This document shows, in pieces, positions 1 to 7,799 of a stretch of 17,004 nt of DNA. The position numbers and the translations under genes are program-made. Location of the stretch: contig JBFLZG010000098.1 in assembly GCA_040756235.1 (NCBI GenBank), positions 1-17,004 of the forward strand, in the 5' to 3' direction. The notes beneath the pieces were generated by a model. It saw nothing but the letters and a program-made list of their open reading frames with translations, did not search any database and was not told the origin of the DNA. Each line of letters begins with the position of its first letter. Within the stretch, counting starts at the first letter, position 1. This stretch comes from a bacterium (lineage in GTDB: Bacteria > Desulfobacterota > DSWW01).

Positions 1-120
1 TGTTCAAAAATGCCCAGATGCCAGGCGCGCGAAATCCCGAGGAATGAGGCGTACATTTCAGTACGCCGCAATGACGAGGGACGAGCGCAACGCCGCAGAT
101 GGGCGTTTTGGGACAGGCTC
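1..120. repeat. Palindromic MITE/REP-like repeat element, probably truncated at the left window edge
   Basis: Outer imperfect inverted repeat TGTTCAAAAATGCCCA (1-16) / TGGGCGTTTTGGGACA (100-115), 13/16 match. Perfect inner hairpin GGCGTAC (48-54) / GTACGCC (61-67). Ends in ...GGACAGGCTC followed by CTAG. Non-coding. Resembles ~120-bp multicopy palindromic elements I recall from deltaproteobacterial genomes (not verified). Confidence 0.7.
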
Positions 121-137
121 TAGCTAGGAGCCTGTCC
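111..137. repeat. Perfect 10-bp inverted repeat around CTAGCTAG
   Basis: GGACAGGCTC (111-120) - TAGCTAG - GAGCCTGTCC (128-137); tandem CTAG at 120-127. Confidence 0.75.
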
Positions 138-184
138 GGGACCTGGCTCTGGCCCGCTCTGACCACGTCCGGGGAGACACGGTC

Positions 185-1405
185 ATGCCCACCCTTTTCG
201 AGCAGACCCGCATCAAGGGGATGGAGCTGAGGAACCGGCTGGTCCGGTCCGCCACGCACGAGGGGATGTCCGACGAGAGAGGCTTCCCGACCCAGGATCT
301 CTTCAAGCTGTACGAGCGGCTCGCCAGAGGCGGGGCCGCCCTCATCGTGACCGGCTACGCGGGCGTGACCCGCGACGGCTGGAGCCCTCTCTGGCGCATG
401 CAGGGGATCGATACCGATGCCCACGTGCCGGCCTACCGGCGCCTGGTGGAGCACGTGCACGGCAGCGGCGCCAAGATCGCCATGCAGATCTGCCACTGCG
501 GCCGACAGACCACCCCGGAGATCATCGGAACCCAGCCCCTCGCCCCATCGGCGGTCAAGGATAAATCGATCTTCGTGAATCCGCGGGAGATGACCGGGGC
601 GGACATCGAGCGCATCGTCGAAGCCTTCGGCCAGGCTGCCCGCAGGGTGCGGGAGGCCGGCTTCGATGCGGTGCAGATCCACGGTGCCCACGGCTACCTG
701 GTCAACCAGTTCCTCTGCCCCCACACCAACCGCAGAACGGACGATTGGGGAGGATCGCTCGACAACCGCATGCGGTTTCTCGAGGAGATCCACGGCCGCT
801 GCCGGCGGGAAGTCGGGGACGACTACCCCATCCTCATCAAGCTGAACGGACGGGACAACATGAGGAAGGGCCTCAAGCCCGCCGAGGGCGCGGCCGCAGC
901 GCAGCGCGCGGCCGAGATGGGCTTTGACGGCATCGAAGTCAGCTGCGGCATCATGGAGGACGGCTTCTCGACGATCCGGGGCGACCTCTGCATCGAAGCC
1001 TTTCTGGAAGAGTGGGAGATGTACAGGCGCAAGAGCGCCTTCTTCCAATTCGTGATGAAGCGCTTCGGCAAGTGGATCCTGAGGCCGCCGCGGTTCACGG
1101 AGGCTTACAATCGTGAGGATGCCAGGGCGATCAAGGGCCGGGTCAAGGTGCCGGTCTTCCTGGTGGGAGGCCTCACGGATCCCGCTGTCATGGAGGACGT
1201 CCTTGCCAAGGGAGACGCGGACTACATCTCCCTGTGCCGTCCCCTGATCGCGGAGCCGGGATTTCCCGAAAAGATCCGGCTCGGCAGTCGGGAGCCCTCG
1301 AGGTGCGTCCGCTGCAATCTCTGCGGCGCGTACATGATCTCCCGGCCTCTGCGATGCTACAGAGGCAAGCGGCCGAAGAGAAGGAGCGGAAGCACGCGCC
1401 GATGA
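185..1405 (+). CDS. NADH:flavin oxidoreductase / Old Yellow Enzyme family protein
   Basis: N-terminal LFEQTRIKGMELRNRLVRSATHE, RARGG-like LARGGAALIVTG, GFDAVQIHGAHGYLVNQFL, NRRTDDWGGSLDNRMRF, C-terminal CVRCNLC...C. GGAG Shine-Dalgarno at ~172-175. Confidence 0.93.
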   Translation: MPTLFEQTRIKGMELRNRLVRSATHEGMSDERGFPTQDLFKLYERLARGGAALIVTGYAGVTRDGWSPLWRMQGIDTDAHVPAYRRLVEHVHGSGAKIAMQICHCGRQTTPEIIGTQPLAPSAVKDKSIFVNPREMTGADIERIVEAFGQAARRVREAGFDAVQIHGAHGYLVNQFLCPHTNRRTDDWGGSLDNRMRFLEEIHGRCRREVGDDYPILIKLNGRDNMRKGLKPAEGAAAAQRAAEMGFDGIEVSCGIMEDGFSTIRGDLCIEAFLEEWEMYRRKSAFFQFVMKRFGKWILRPPRFTEAYNREDARAIKGRVKVPVFLVGGLTDPAVMEDVLAKGDADYISLCRPLIAEPGFPEKIRLGSREPSRCVRCNLCGAYMISRPLRCYRGKRPKRRSGSTRR

Positions 1406-1497
1406 GCGGCTCCCACTCTCCCCGGCTCTGACCTGAGGACGAGCAGGCCGCCGCTGCCGCTGCGGCGTTGCCGCTGCCGGAAGAAGGGACACGCTTC

Positions 1498-1713
1498 ATG
1501 GAAAAGAAGAACATCCGGACGGATCCGGCCCGCTGCTCCGAGTGCTATAGCTGCCAGCTCATCTGCTCGCTCGTCCACGAGGGTGTTTTCCATCCGCTGA
1601 AGGCACGGATCCGGGTCGGCCCGGAAGCGATCCGCTTCACCGAAACATGCGTGCCGAAGTGCACCCTCTGTACGCAGTACTGTGCCTACGGCGCGCTGAC
1701 ACTCGTGAAGTAG
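1498..1713 (+). CDS. Small 2x[4Fe-4S] ferredoxin-like protein (71 aa)
   Basis: CSECYSCQLIC and CVPKCTLCTQYCAYGAL cysteine motifs. ATG at 1498 follows purine-rich GAAGAAGGGA and is preferred over the track's 1468 start. Confidence 0.85.
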   Translation: MEKKNIRTDPARCSECYSCQLICSLVHEGVFHPLKARIRVGPEAIRFTETCVPKCTLCTQYCAYGALTLVK

Positions 1714-1784
1714 AGGTTGCCGGCCGCGACTCGACGTCGGCCCAAGAGCTCGTTTGGGACCGGCTGGGGAACGTCCTGACCCTC

Positions 1785-2171
1785 CTATCGCTCACCGGCG
1801 AGCACGGCCATGCGGTCGAAATAGACCTCGTTCCTGCATATCCTGCCTTCCCTGACGATGACGAGATCCATGCCGTCGATCTCCGTCGTCTTGCCGCCGC
1901 CGGCCGGGGTCAGCTTCGCATGCCACAGAAAGGCGCCGCCGTTCTGCTCGGCAAACAGGAAGAACTCGCGAAGAGACCAGTGCATCTTCCACTGCTGGAA
2001 GAGCCGGGGCAGATATCTGCGCAGGCCGGGGTGACCCGAGACCGGGCCTCTCGTGTTGGGGTCCAGGTACTTGCAGTCCTCCGTGTAGCAGGACACCACC
2101 GTTTCCACGTCCTGCGTGTTCCACGCGGACAGGAACCTCTCCGCCAACTGGACCGCTTCCTCCCGATTCAT
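1785..2171 (-). CDS. SnoaL-like / NTF2-family protein
   Basis: 128 aa with AERFLSAWNTQDVETVVSCYTEDCKYLDP...G..G pattern and C-terminal GMDLVIVREGRICRNEVYFD. AGGAGGGAG SD upstream. Confidence 0.88.
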   Translation of the reverse strand: MNREEAVQLAERFLSAWNTQDVETVVSCYTEDCKYLDPNTRGPVSGHPGLRRYLPRLFQQWKMHWSLREFFLFAEQNGGAFLWHAKLTPAGGGKTTEIDGMDLVIVREGRICRNEVYFDRMAVLAGER

Positions 2172-2195
2172 GTCTCCCTCCTTTGAGGCGCCGGC

Positions 2196-3140
2196 TCAGC
2201 GCAGCCCGGTCGTCTCTTCGATCCCGAGGTGAACGTTCATGCACTGGACGGCGGCCCCGGAGGCGCCCTTGCCGAGGTTGTCGAGCCGGCCGATCAGGAC
2301 CACCCGCTCCTCGTTCCCGAAGACGAAGAGGTCTGCGCGGTTCGTGTCGTTCGATCCCTGGACGTCGAAGTACCCGGCGTCGAGGTTGCGCTCGTCCTCC
2401 ACGGGCATGACGCGGACGAACGGCTCGGCTGCATAGTAGTTGCCGAACAGGTCATACAGGGCCGCAGGAGCCATGCGTCGTGCCAGGAGATGCGGGTGCA
2501 TGAAGACGGTGACCGCGAGACCTTTGTAGAAAGGGCCCACGACCGGCGTGAAGACCGGGGTGCGCGTGAGCCCCGAGCGAACCCGCATCTCGGGCAGGTG
2601 CTTGTGCGTCAACTGCAGAGCGTAGGGGCGCGGGCTGTCGAGCTTCGGATTCTTTTCCGCCCCCTCGTAGGCGGCGATGAGCTTCTTGCCGCCTCCGCTG
2701 TAGCCGGTGATCGAGAAGCAGGTCACGGGAGAGTCGGCGGGCAGGACCCCGCTTGCGACCAGAGGGTGAACCAGGAGCACGAAGGCGGTCGCATGACAGC
2801 CGGGCACCGCGATGCGCTTGCCGGTCTTCAGCAGGGAACGCTGCTCCGGCGCGAGCTCGGGCAGGCCGTAGACCCATGTGGGATCGGTGCGGAACGCGGT
2901 GCTCGCGTCGATCACGCACGTGTTCGGATTCTCGACCAGCGCGGCCGACTCGCGCGCGGCTGCGTCCGGCAGGCAGAGGAAGGCCACGTCCGCGCGGTTG
3001 AGGAGCTCGCGGCGCGCGTTCAGATCCTTGCGCAGGTCCGGTGTGATGCGCAGCAGATCGACGTCCTGCCGCCGGCCCAGGTGGTCGAAGATGCGGAGCC
3101 CGGTCGTTCCTTCCTGGCCGTCGACGAAAACCTTGAACAT
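2196..3140 (-). CDS. argC: N-acetyl-gamma-glutamyl-phosphate reductase (type 2, uncommon form)
   Basis: [37 protein letters not shown], catalytic [32 protein letters not shown]. True start is ATG at 3140, inside the 810-aa track ORF. Confidence 0.96.
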   Translation of the reverse strand: MFKVFVDGQEGTTGLRIFDHLGRRQDVDLLRITPDLRKDLNARRELLNRADVAFLCLPDAAARESAALVENPNTCVIDASTAFRTDPTWVYGLPELAPEQRSLLKTGKRIAVPGCHATAFVLLVHPLVASGVLPADSPVTCFSITGYSGGGKKLIAAYEGAEKNPKLDSPRPYALQLTHKHLPEMRVRSGLTRTPVFTPVVGPFYKGLAVTVFMHPHLLARRMAPAALYDLFGNYYAAEPFVRVMPVEDERNLDAGYFDVQGSNDTNRADLFVFGNEERVVLIGRLDNLGKGASGAAVQCMNVHLGIEETTGLR

Positions 3141-3166
3141 GCGGCGATCCCTTTCCCGGGTGGCTG

Positions 3167-3961
3167 TCACCTGCCGCGAAAGACCGGCTTGCGCTTCTCG
3201 AGAAAAGCCAGGACGCCTTCTCGTGCGTCCTCGGACCCGGCTGCGGCCTCGACCGCCTCGAGCTCCAGGGCGAGCCCGTCGTTCAGGGTGAGAGGGCCTC
3301 CTCGCACCACGGCCTTGAGGACGCCGGCAACCGCGATCGGCGCCTTCTGCGCAAGCTCGTTCGCCAGGGCCCGTGCGCGCTCGAGAAGCTCGGCCGGAGC
3401 GCAGACCTCGTGGACGAGGCCGATCCTGTACGCTTCCTCTGCGCCGATTCTCTTGGCCCGCAGGATCAGGTCCAGGGCGTGCGCGCGGCCCACCGTGCGG
3501 GTGAGCCGCTGGGTGCCGCCCCAGGCCGGGACGATCCCCAGCTCGATCTCGGGAAGGCCGATCCGGGCTCCTGTCGCGGCGATGCGGAAATGGCAGGCCA
3601 GGGCGAGCTCCAGACCGCCTCCCACGCACGCGCCCCGGATCGCGCAGATCACCGGCTTGGACAGGTTTTCGATCCGATCCGCGACCCGGAGCCGCTGGTC
3701 GATGAAATTCCTGAAGCCCATGCCTTCCATGGCTGCGGTGCCGAACTCCCGGATGTCCGCGCCCACGGAGAAGCTCCGCTCTCCTGCGCCGGTGAAGAGG
3801 ACCGTGCGCACGGAATCGTTCGCGGCGAGCCCGGTGAAGATCTCCTCGAGGCGGTCGATTACGGCCATGCTCAGGGGATTGTGGGGAGGCGTATTCAGGA
3901 TGACGCTCGCAACGAAGCCGTTCTGCTCCAGGATCACGCAGTCCTTTTGGGTCTCGTTCAT
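3167..3961 (-). CDS. Enoyl-CoA hydratase/isomerase (crotonase) family protein
   Basis: [56 protein letters not shown] (both catalytic Glu present), C-terminal [17 protein letters not shown]. Confidence 0.95.
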   Translation of the reverse strand: MNETQKDCVILEQNGFVASVILNTPPHNPLSMAVIDRLEEIFTGLAANDSVRTVLFTGAGERSFSVGADIREFGTAAMEGMGFRNFIDQRLRVADRIENLSKPVICAIRGACVGGGLELALACHFRIAATGARIGLPEIELGIVPAWGGTQRLTRTVGRAHALDLILRAKRIGAEEAYRIGLVHEVCAPAELLERARALANELAQKAPIAVAGVLKAVVRGGPLTLNDGLALELEAVEAAAGSEDAREGVLAFLEKRKPVFRGR

Positions 3962-4090
3962 GATGATCTCCCGTTGAGTTTACGGCAGTTTCCGGCTTCG
4001 GGACGCCAGAGGGGTCTTGGGTGCAAGGGTGAGGGTAGCACTCGCGTCCTCTCCGCGGCAAGGGGATGAGGAGAACGCGCGGGTGCCTTC

Positions 4091-4585
4091 TCAGCGGTCG
4101 AAAAGGTCCGGACGCAGACTCCGGATCGACTCGACCAGGGGCTCCACCTTCCTGGAGTTGTAGATCTCCATGAGGAATTCCTGCAGGAGCAGATCCCCCT
4201 GGAGATTCAGACCGAACCTGCTCGCCTTGCGGTAGATCGTGGGCAGGTGCTCCTTCTTCGCGACCGCCTCGAACAGCAGCAGCAGCGCCAGAGGCCTCCG
4301 GCCAAACCGCGAGAATGCATAGATGGGGGCGCTTCCCTTTTCGTAAAGAGATTCGATGAAGCGGGTCACGTCTTCCATCCGGATCGCCTCGCGGCTGATA
4401 GGGATATCCACGTAGCGAAGCCCGAGCTCCCTGGCGTTTCTCTCCACCCAGCCTCCGAATTTCTCGTCCGGGTCCCTCAAGTCGATGAGCGTCTTGTACC
4501 CCTGCGCCTTGAGCTGCTGGAGGTCCTCGTTGTCGGGAACTCCACCAATGGTGATGCGGCTGTCGTACCTCTTCGCGTTCTTCAT
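4091..4585 (-). CDS. DUF442/Blh-like (PTP-fold sulfurtransferase/phosphatase-like) protein with Ser at the catalytic Cys position
   Basis: [42 protein letters not shown] and [11 protein letters not shown] follow the family pattern. GAGGAG SD spacing favours ATG 4585 over 4594. Confidence 0.8.
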   Translation of the reverse strand: MKNAKRYDSRITIGGVPDNEDLQQLKAQGYKTLIDLRDPDEKFGGWVERNARELGLRYVDIPISREAIRMEDVTRFIESLYEKGSAPIYAFSRFGRRPLALLLLFEAVAKKEHLPTIYRKASRFGLNLQGDLLLQEFLMEIYNSRKVEPLVESIRSLRPDLFDR

Positions 4586-4838
4586 GGCCCTCATCTCCTC
4601 TGTGCAGGTTGAAACAACTATATTTCACGTGCTGGCCAGGGGCAAGAAGTAAGGACGGTTAGCCGCGGCACCGACGCATACGGAGGGCGCGGTGATCCGG
4701 GGGCGCGCTTCGCCCGAGCGTGTAGAGATGGCCCGGAGCAGCGCAGCGGCCTCGCGCTGCGCTCAAGCCGGCAGGTTGGGACATGCGGAGGATTTGGGGG
4801 CTCTGTCGCGGCTTCCGCCGGGCAGAGCCCCCGGATCG

Positions 4839-6122
4839 CTATCTCTGGAAATACCCGTCCGTGAGCGTCTTCAAGAAGGCCACGACATAAGACTGGTCCC
4901 GGCAGCAGAAGTGCTTGAGCTGTGCCAGGTTCTCGTTCACTTCCGGCTGAGGGAAGCCCATGCCGCCGCACATTCCGCCGCCGCCGCCTCCTCCTCCTCC
5001 TCCCATTCCTCCTCCGCCCATGCCGCCGCCCATCATTCCCCCTTGCATCCCACGCCAGGCGTAGAAGCGCACGATGTCGGCGAGCGATTTGAAGTAGCCG
5101 TTGTGCCCGTAAGCCTTGACGAAGCTCGACGCGGGGCGCTTGTCCACGTTGCGCAGGGTGGGCGCCTTCATCTTCCCCATCTCCTGCGCGGCGCCGAGAT
5201 GACCGCCCAGGCCGGTATCCACCCAGTCCGCTCCTTCAGGGTTGTAGGCCAGGTTGTCGTAGAACGGGTTCTCGGGGTTCTTCGGTACGCCCAGGTTATC
5301 GTAGCTGTAGTCGGTGAACAGGGGATAGCCTTCGGAGCCGGGTTGCAGCGAGTGACAGGATGCGCAGTTGGCCGCCCGCGGATCATTGAAGACGGCCAGA
5401 CCGTACAGCTCCGTATCGTTCAGCCCCAGGCGACGATACCGGGTCCAGTTGCTCGTACTGATCGCGGCCACCACCAGGTGTTTCGCCCGGGCCTTGTCCC
5501 AGAACAGGTCGAACTTCGAGCTGTACGGGTTGACTTCAGCCGAGCGCTCGTAAGCGGCGATCGAGATTCCGATCCTGTCGTAGACGGAATCGGCATCCGC
5601 GCAGTCGAGCGACCCTTCGCCCCAGACTTCCTCGAACAAACCGGCGTAGGCCGCGACCGCGACTTCCAGGCACAGCTCTTCGGGGGAGTCCAGCGCCTGT
5701 TCGAGCGGATTGAGAAACGGCCCCTTCGCCTGTTCCGCCAGCGGGTCGCCCAGCTCACTGCCATCGGCGCGGCCGTCCCAAAACATGCCGCCCACCCAGG
5801 CTATCAAGGCGCCGTCGTAGTGAAGCGACGGGCTGTCGCCGGCATAAGCCGCGCTCGGCGGCTTGCGATTTCCGAACAGAGTGGGGTCGCTCCCCGGGTA
5901 GACGGCTCCGTGTGCGTTCACCTGCGAACGCGGACCGGTATATCCGACCGCCGGATCGTGACAGGTCGCGCACGACTGGTTGCCGTTCTTCGAGAGACTC
6001 TCGTCAAAATACAGGTATTTCCCCAACCGTTCGATCGTTGTGAGCGGCGGCGCCGCCAGAACCGCTCCGGGCAGGGCAAGCGCCAGGGCCATCGCCGTGC
6101 AGAACAGGACGTTTCGCGACAT
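4839..6122 (-). CDS. Di-heme cytochrome c peroxidase superfamily protein, MauG-like
   Basis: Signal peptide, LGKYLYFDESLS, two heme motifs CATCH and CASCH, GGMFWDGRA, QAKGPFLNPLE, KAPTLRNV...YGHNG...IVRFY, VAFLKTLTD. ATG at 6122 with AGGAGG SD. Confidence 0.92.
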   Translation of the reverse strand: MSRNVLFCTAMALALALPGAVLAAPPLTTIERLGKYLYFDESLSKNGNQSCATCHDPAVGYTGPRSQVNAHGAVYPGSDPTLFGNRKPPSAAYAGDSPSLHYDGALIAWVGGMFWDGRADGSELGDPLAEQAKGPFLNPLEQALDSPEELCLEVAVAAYAGLFEEVWGEGSLDCADADSVYDRIGISIAAYERSAEVNPYSSKFDLFWDKARAKHLVVAAISTSNWTRYRRLGLNDTELYGLAVFNDPRAANCASCHSLQPGSEGYPLFTDYSYDNLGVPKNPENPFYDNLAYNPEGADWVDTGLGGHLGAAQEMGKMKAPTLRNVDKRPASSFVKAYGHNGYFKSLADIVRFYAWRGMQGGMMGGGMGGGGMGGGGGGGGGGMCGGMGFPQPEVNENLAQLKHFCCRDQSYVVAFLKTLTDGYFQR

Positions 6123-6168
6123 GTGCACCCTCCTGAACAGGATGTGAACGGGAACAGCGAATATAAAA

Positions 6169-6198
6169 ATTATGAAAGGAGAAACTCTCGCATGTCAA
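6169..6198 (-). promoter_or_regulatory. Sigma70-type promoter for the MauG-like gene
   Basis: Minus-strand TTGACA (6198-6193), 18 bp spacer, CATAAT (6174-6169), in an AT-rich patch ~47 bp upstream of the ATG. Confidence 0.65.
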
Positions 6199-6428
6199 CA
6201 AAAAGAATCGCCTTCGGCGGCAGCCGGGCAGGTAAAAGGGGGGGGGCGAAGGCTCAAGCGGCTCGTTCGGCAGATCCTTGAAGGCCCTCCGCTGCTGAGG
6301 ATCTCGCCTTGGTTGGGAGATTCACGAGCGCCCAGCGTGGAAGACGTCGGCGAGGGGCGAGAGGCGGGACCTGGGTCGAGGCCTCGATGGAGCACAAGCC
6401 TGGAGGAAACCGATCGCCTGGCCCCGAG

Positions 6429-7799
6429 TCACCCCAGGCGCCAGGTTGCGCGGATCATCGTCCCTTTCCCTCTTGCGGACTCGATGTGAAAGAAGCCGCC
6501 CGAGAGCTCGGTACGTTCTCTCATGCCCAAGAGGCCCAGCCCCTTCTGCGTGCGTCCCGAGGCCTCGGCCGGGTCGAAGCCACGGCCGTTGTCCTGAATC
6601 GATAGTTCGATCCGGCTGTCGACCTTCTGTAAAGACAAGTTGACGAGATTTGCGGCGCTGTGCTTCGCGATGTTGTTCACCGCCTCCTGGGACACCCGGA
6701 AGATGACGGTCTTCAGGTATTCCGGGATGTCGTTTTCCTCCAGCCCGAACTGCTTCTCCACACGGATGTGAGGGTAAGCCTGTACGGTCTCGCGTACAAG
6801 CCAATTCAGAGCCGGGAGCATGCCGAGGTCGTCCAGCACCGAGGGGCGCAGGGCCATCTGCACCCTTCGCGACTCTTCCATGGTTCTGCTCAACTGAGCC
6901 GCCACTTCCTGCCACTCGGGATGATTCGCCCCGTCGGCCAAAATGCGCTCGACCCGGTGCTTCGCGGCGCTCAGAGTGGAGCTGAGCCCGTCGTGGATCT
7001 CGAGTGCCATCCGTCTTCGCTCTTCTTCCTGAGCGGCCAGGAGCTGGACCGAGAGGTCCCTGAGCCTCTTCTCCGAAGCCTGGAGCTTGCCGGTCATGCG
7101 GTCGAAGGCCTGAGACAGCAGGCCCATCTCGTCATTGGAGGGCATGCCGATGCGATGGGCCAGGTCGCCGCTGCCGATGATCTCCGTTCCCTTCTGCACC
7201 CTCCGGATCGATGCGCTCACGCTCCTCATCATCGCCATCAGCAAGAAAGTCAGGGGCAAAGTAGTCGCCAGAATGAGCGAGACGACCAGCCAGCCGACCC
7301 GGGCCTGGGTCGAGGCGATCCCGTCGTCGATCAGCCTCTCGAGGCGCAGCCCGTCGGCAACCGCCTGGCGCGACCTCACGAGAAGCTGACCTGCCAGCCG
7401 CTCTTCGGTCCTCTTGAGCGCCACGTTCTCCGGATTCCGCTGGAGTAGCTCGTAGTTCGAGGTGAGGTCCGCAAACAACTCCTTCAGCGACTCGGTGTTG
7501 CCACGGACCATGCCCAAGCCCTGCCGCTGCGCCTCGGGGAACTCCAAAGAGGACAGCAGCCGGGTGAGGGAATCGTGTTCGGCCAGGAACTGCTGCCGCG
7601 GCCGCTCTTCATGGTAGATGAGGTACTCTCCCACCAGGCTGTTGAGCCCGTTCACGCCGCTGATGACGCGCTTGACCGCCCGGCCGCGCTCCTGAGCGGA
7701 CCGAACGGCCTGGTAGGAGAACACGAGAGCGCAGCCGACGACCAACGCCATCAGCATCGGCACCAGAGCGGCAATCCTGAGCCCGGTACGGATCCTCAT
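6429..7799 (-). CDS. Membrane sensor histidine kinase (2 TM, HAMP, HisKA_3, HATPase_c; NarX/UhpB-like)
   Basis: Two hydrophobic segments. HAMP (GDLAHRIGMPSNDEMGLLSQAFDRM), H-box QEEERRRMALEIHDGL, LRPSVLDDLG, N-box QEAVNNIAKHS, IQDNGRGFD, GLGLLGMRER. Confidence 0.95.
   Translation of the reverse strand: MRIRTGLRIAALVPMLMALVVGCALVFSYQAVRSAQERGRAVKRVISGVNGLNSLVGEYLIYHEERPRQQFLAEHDSLTRLLSSLEFPEAQRQGLGMVRGNTESLKELFADLTSNYELLQRNPENVALKRTEERLAGQLLVRSRQAVADGLRLERLIDDGIASTQARVGWLVVSLILATTLPLTFLLMAMMRSVSASIRRVQKGTEIIGSGDLAHRIGMPSNDEMGLLSQAFDRMTGKLQASEKRLRDLSVQLLAAQEEERRRMALEIHDGLSSTLSAAKHRVERILADGANHPEWQEVAAQLSRTMEESRRVQMALRPSVLDDLGMLPALNWLVRETVQAYPHIRVEKQFGLEENDIPEYLKTVIFRVSQEAVNNIAKHSAANLVNLSLQKVDSRIELSIQDNGRGFDPAEASGRTQKGLGLLGMRERTELSGGFFHIESARGKGTMIRATWRLG

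Noticed and set aside
2229..3977. 582-aa plus-strand ORF
   Set aside because: Antisense to argC and the crotonase; no motifs.
3141..4628. Apparent ~500-aa N-terminal extension of ArgC (810-aa ORF)
   Set aside because: Arg/Pro/Gly-rich off-frame read-through overlapping the real crotonase and DUF442-like genes; ArgC homology starts at Met 3140.
4692..6281. 529-aa plus-strand ORF with an Ala/Ser/His run
   Set aside because: Antisense to the MauG-like gene; the run merely mirrors the poly-Gly tract.
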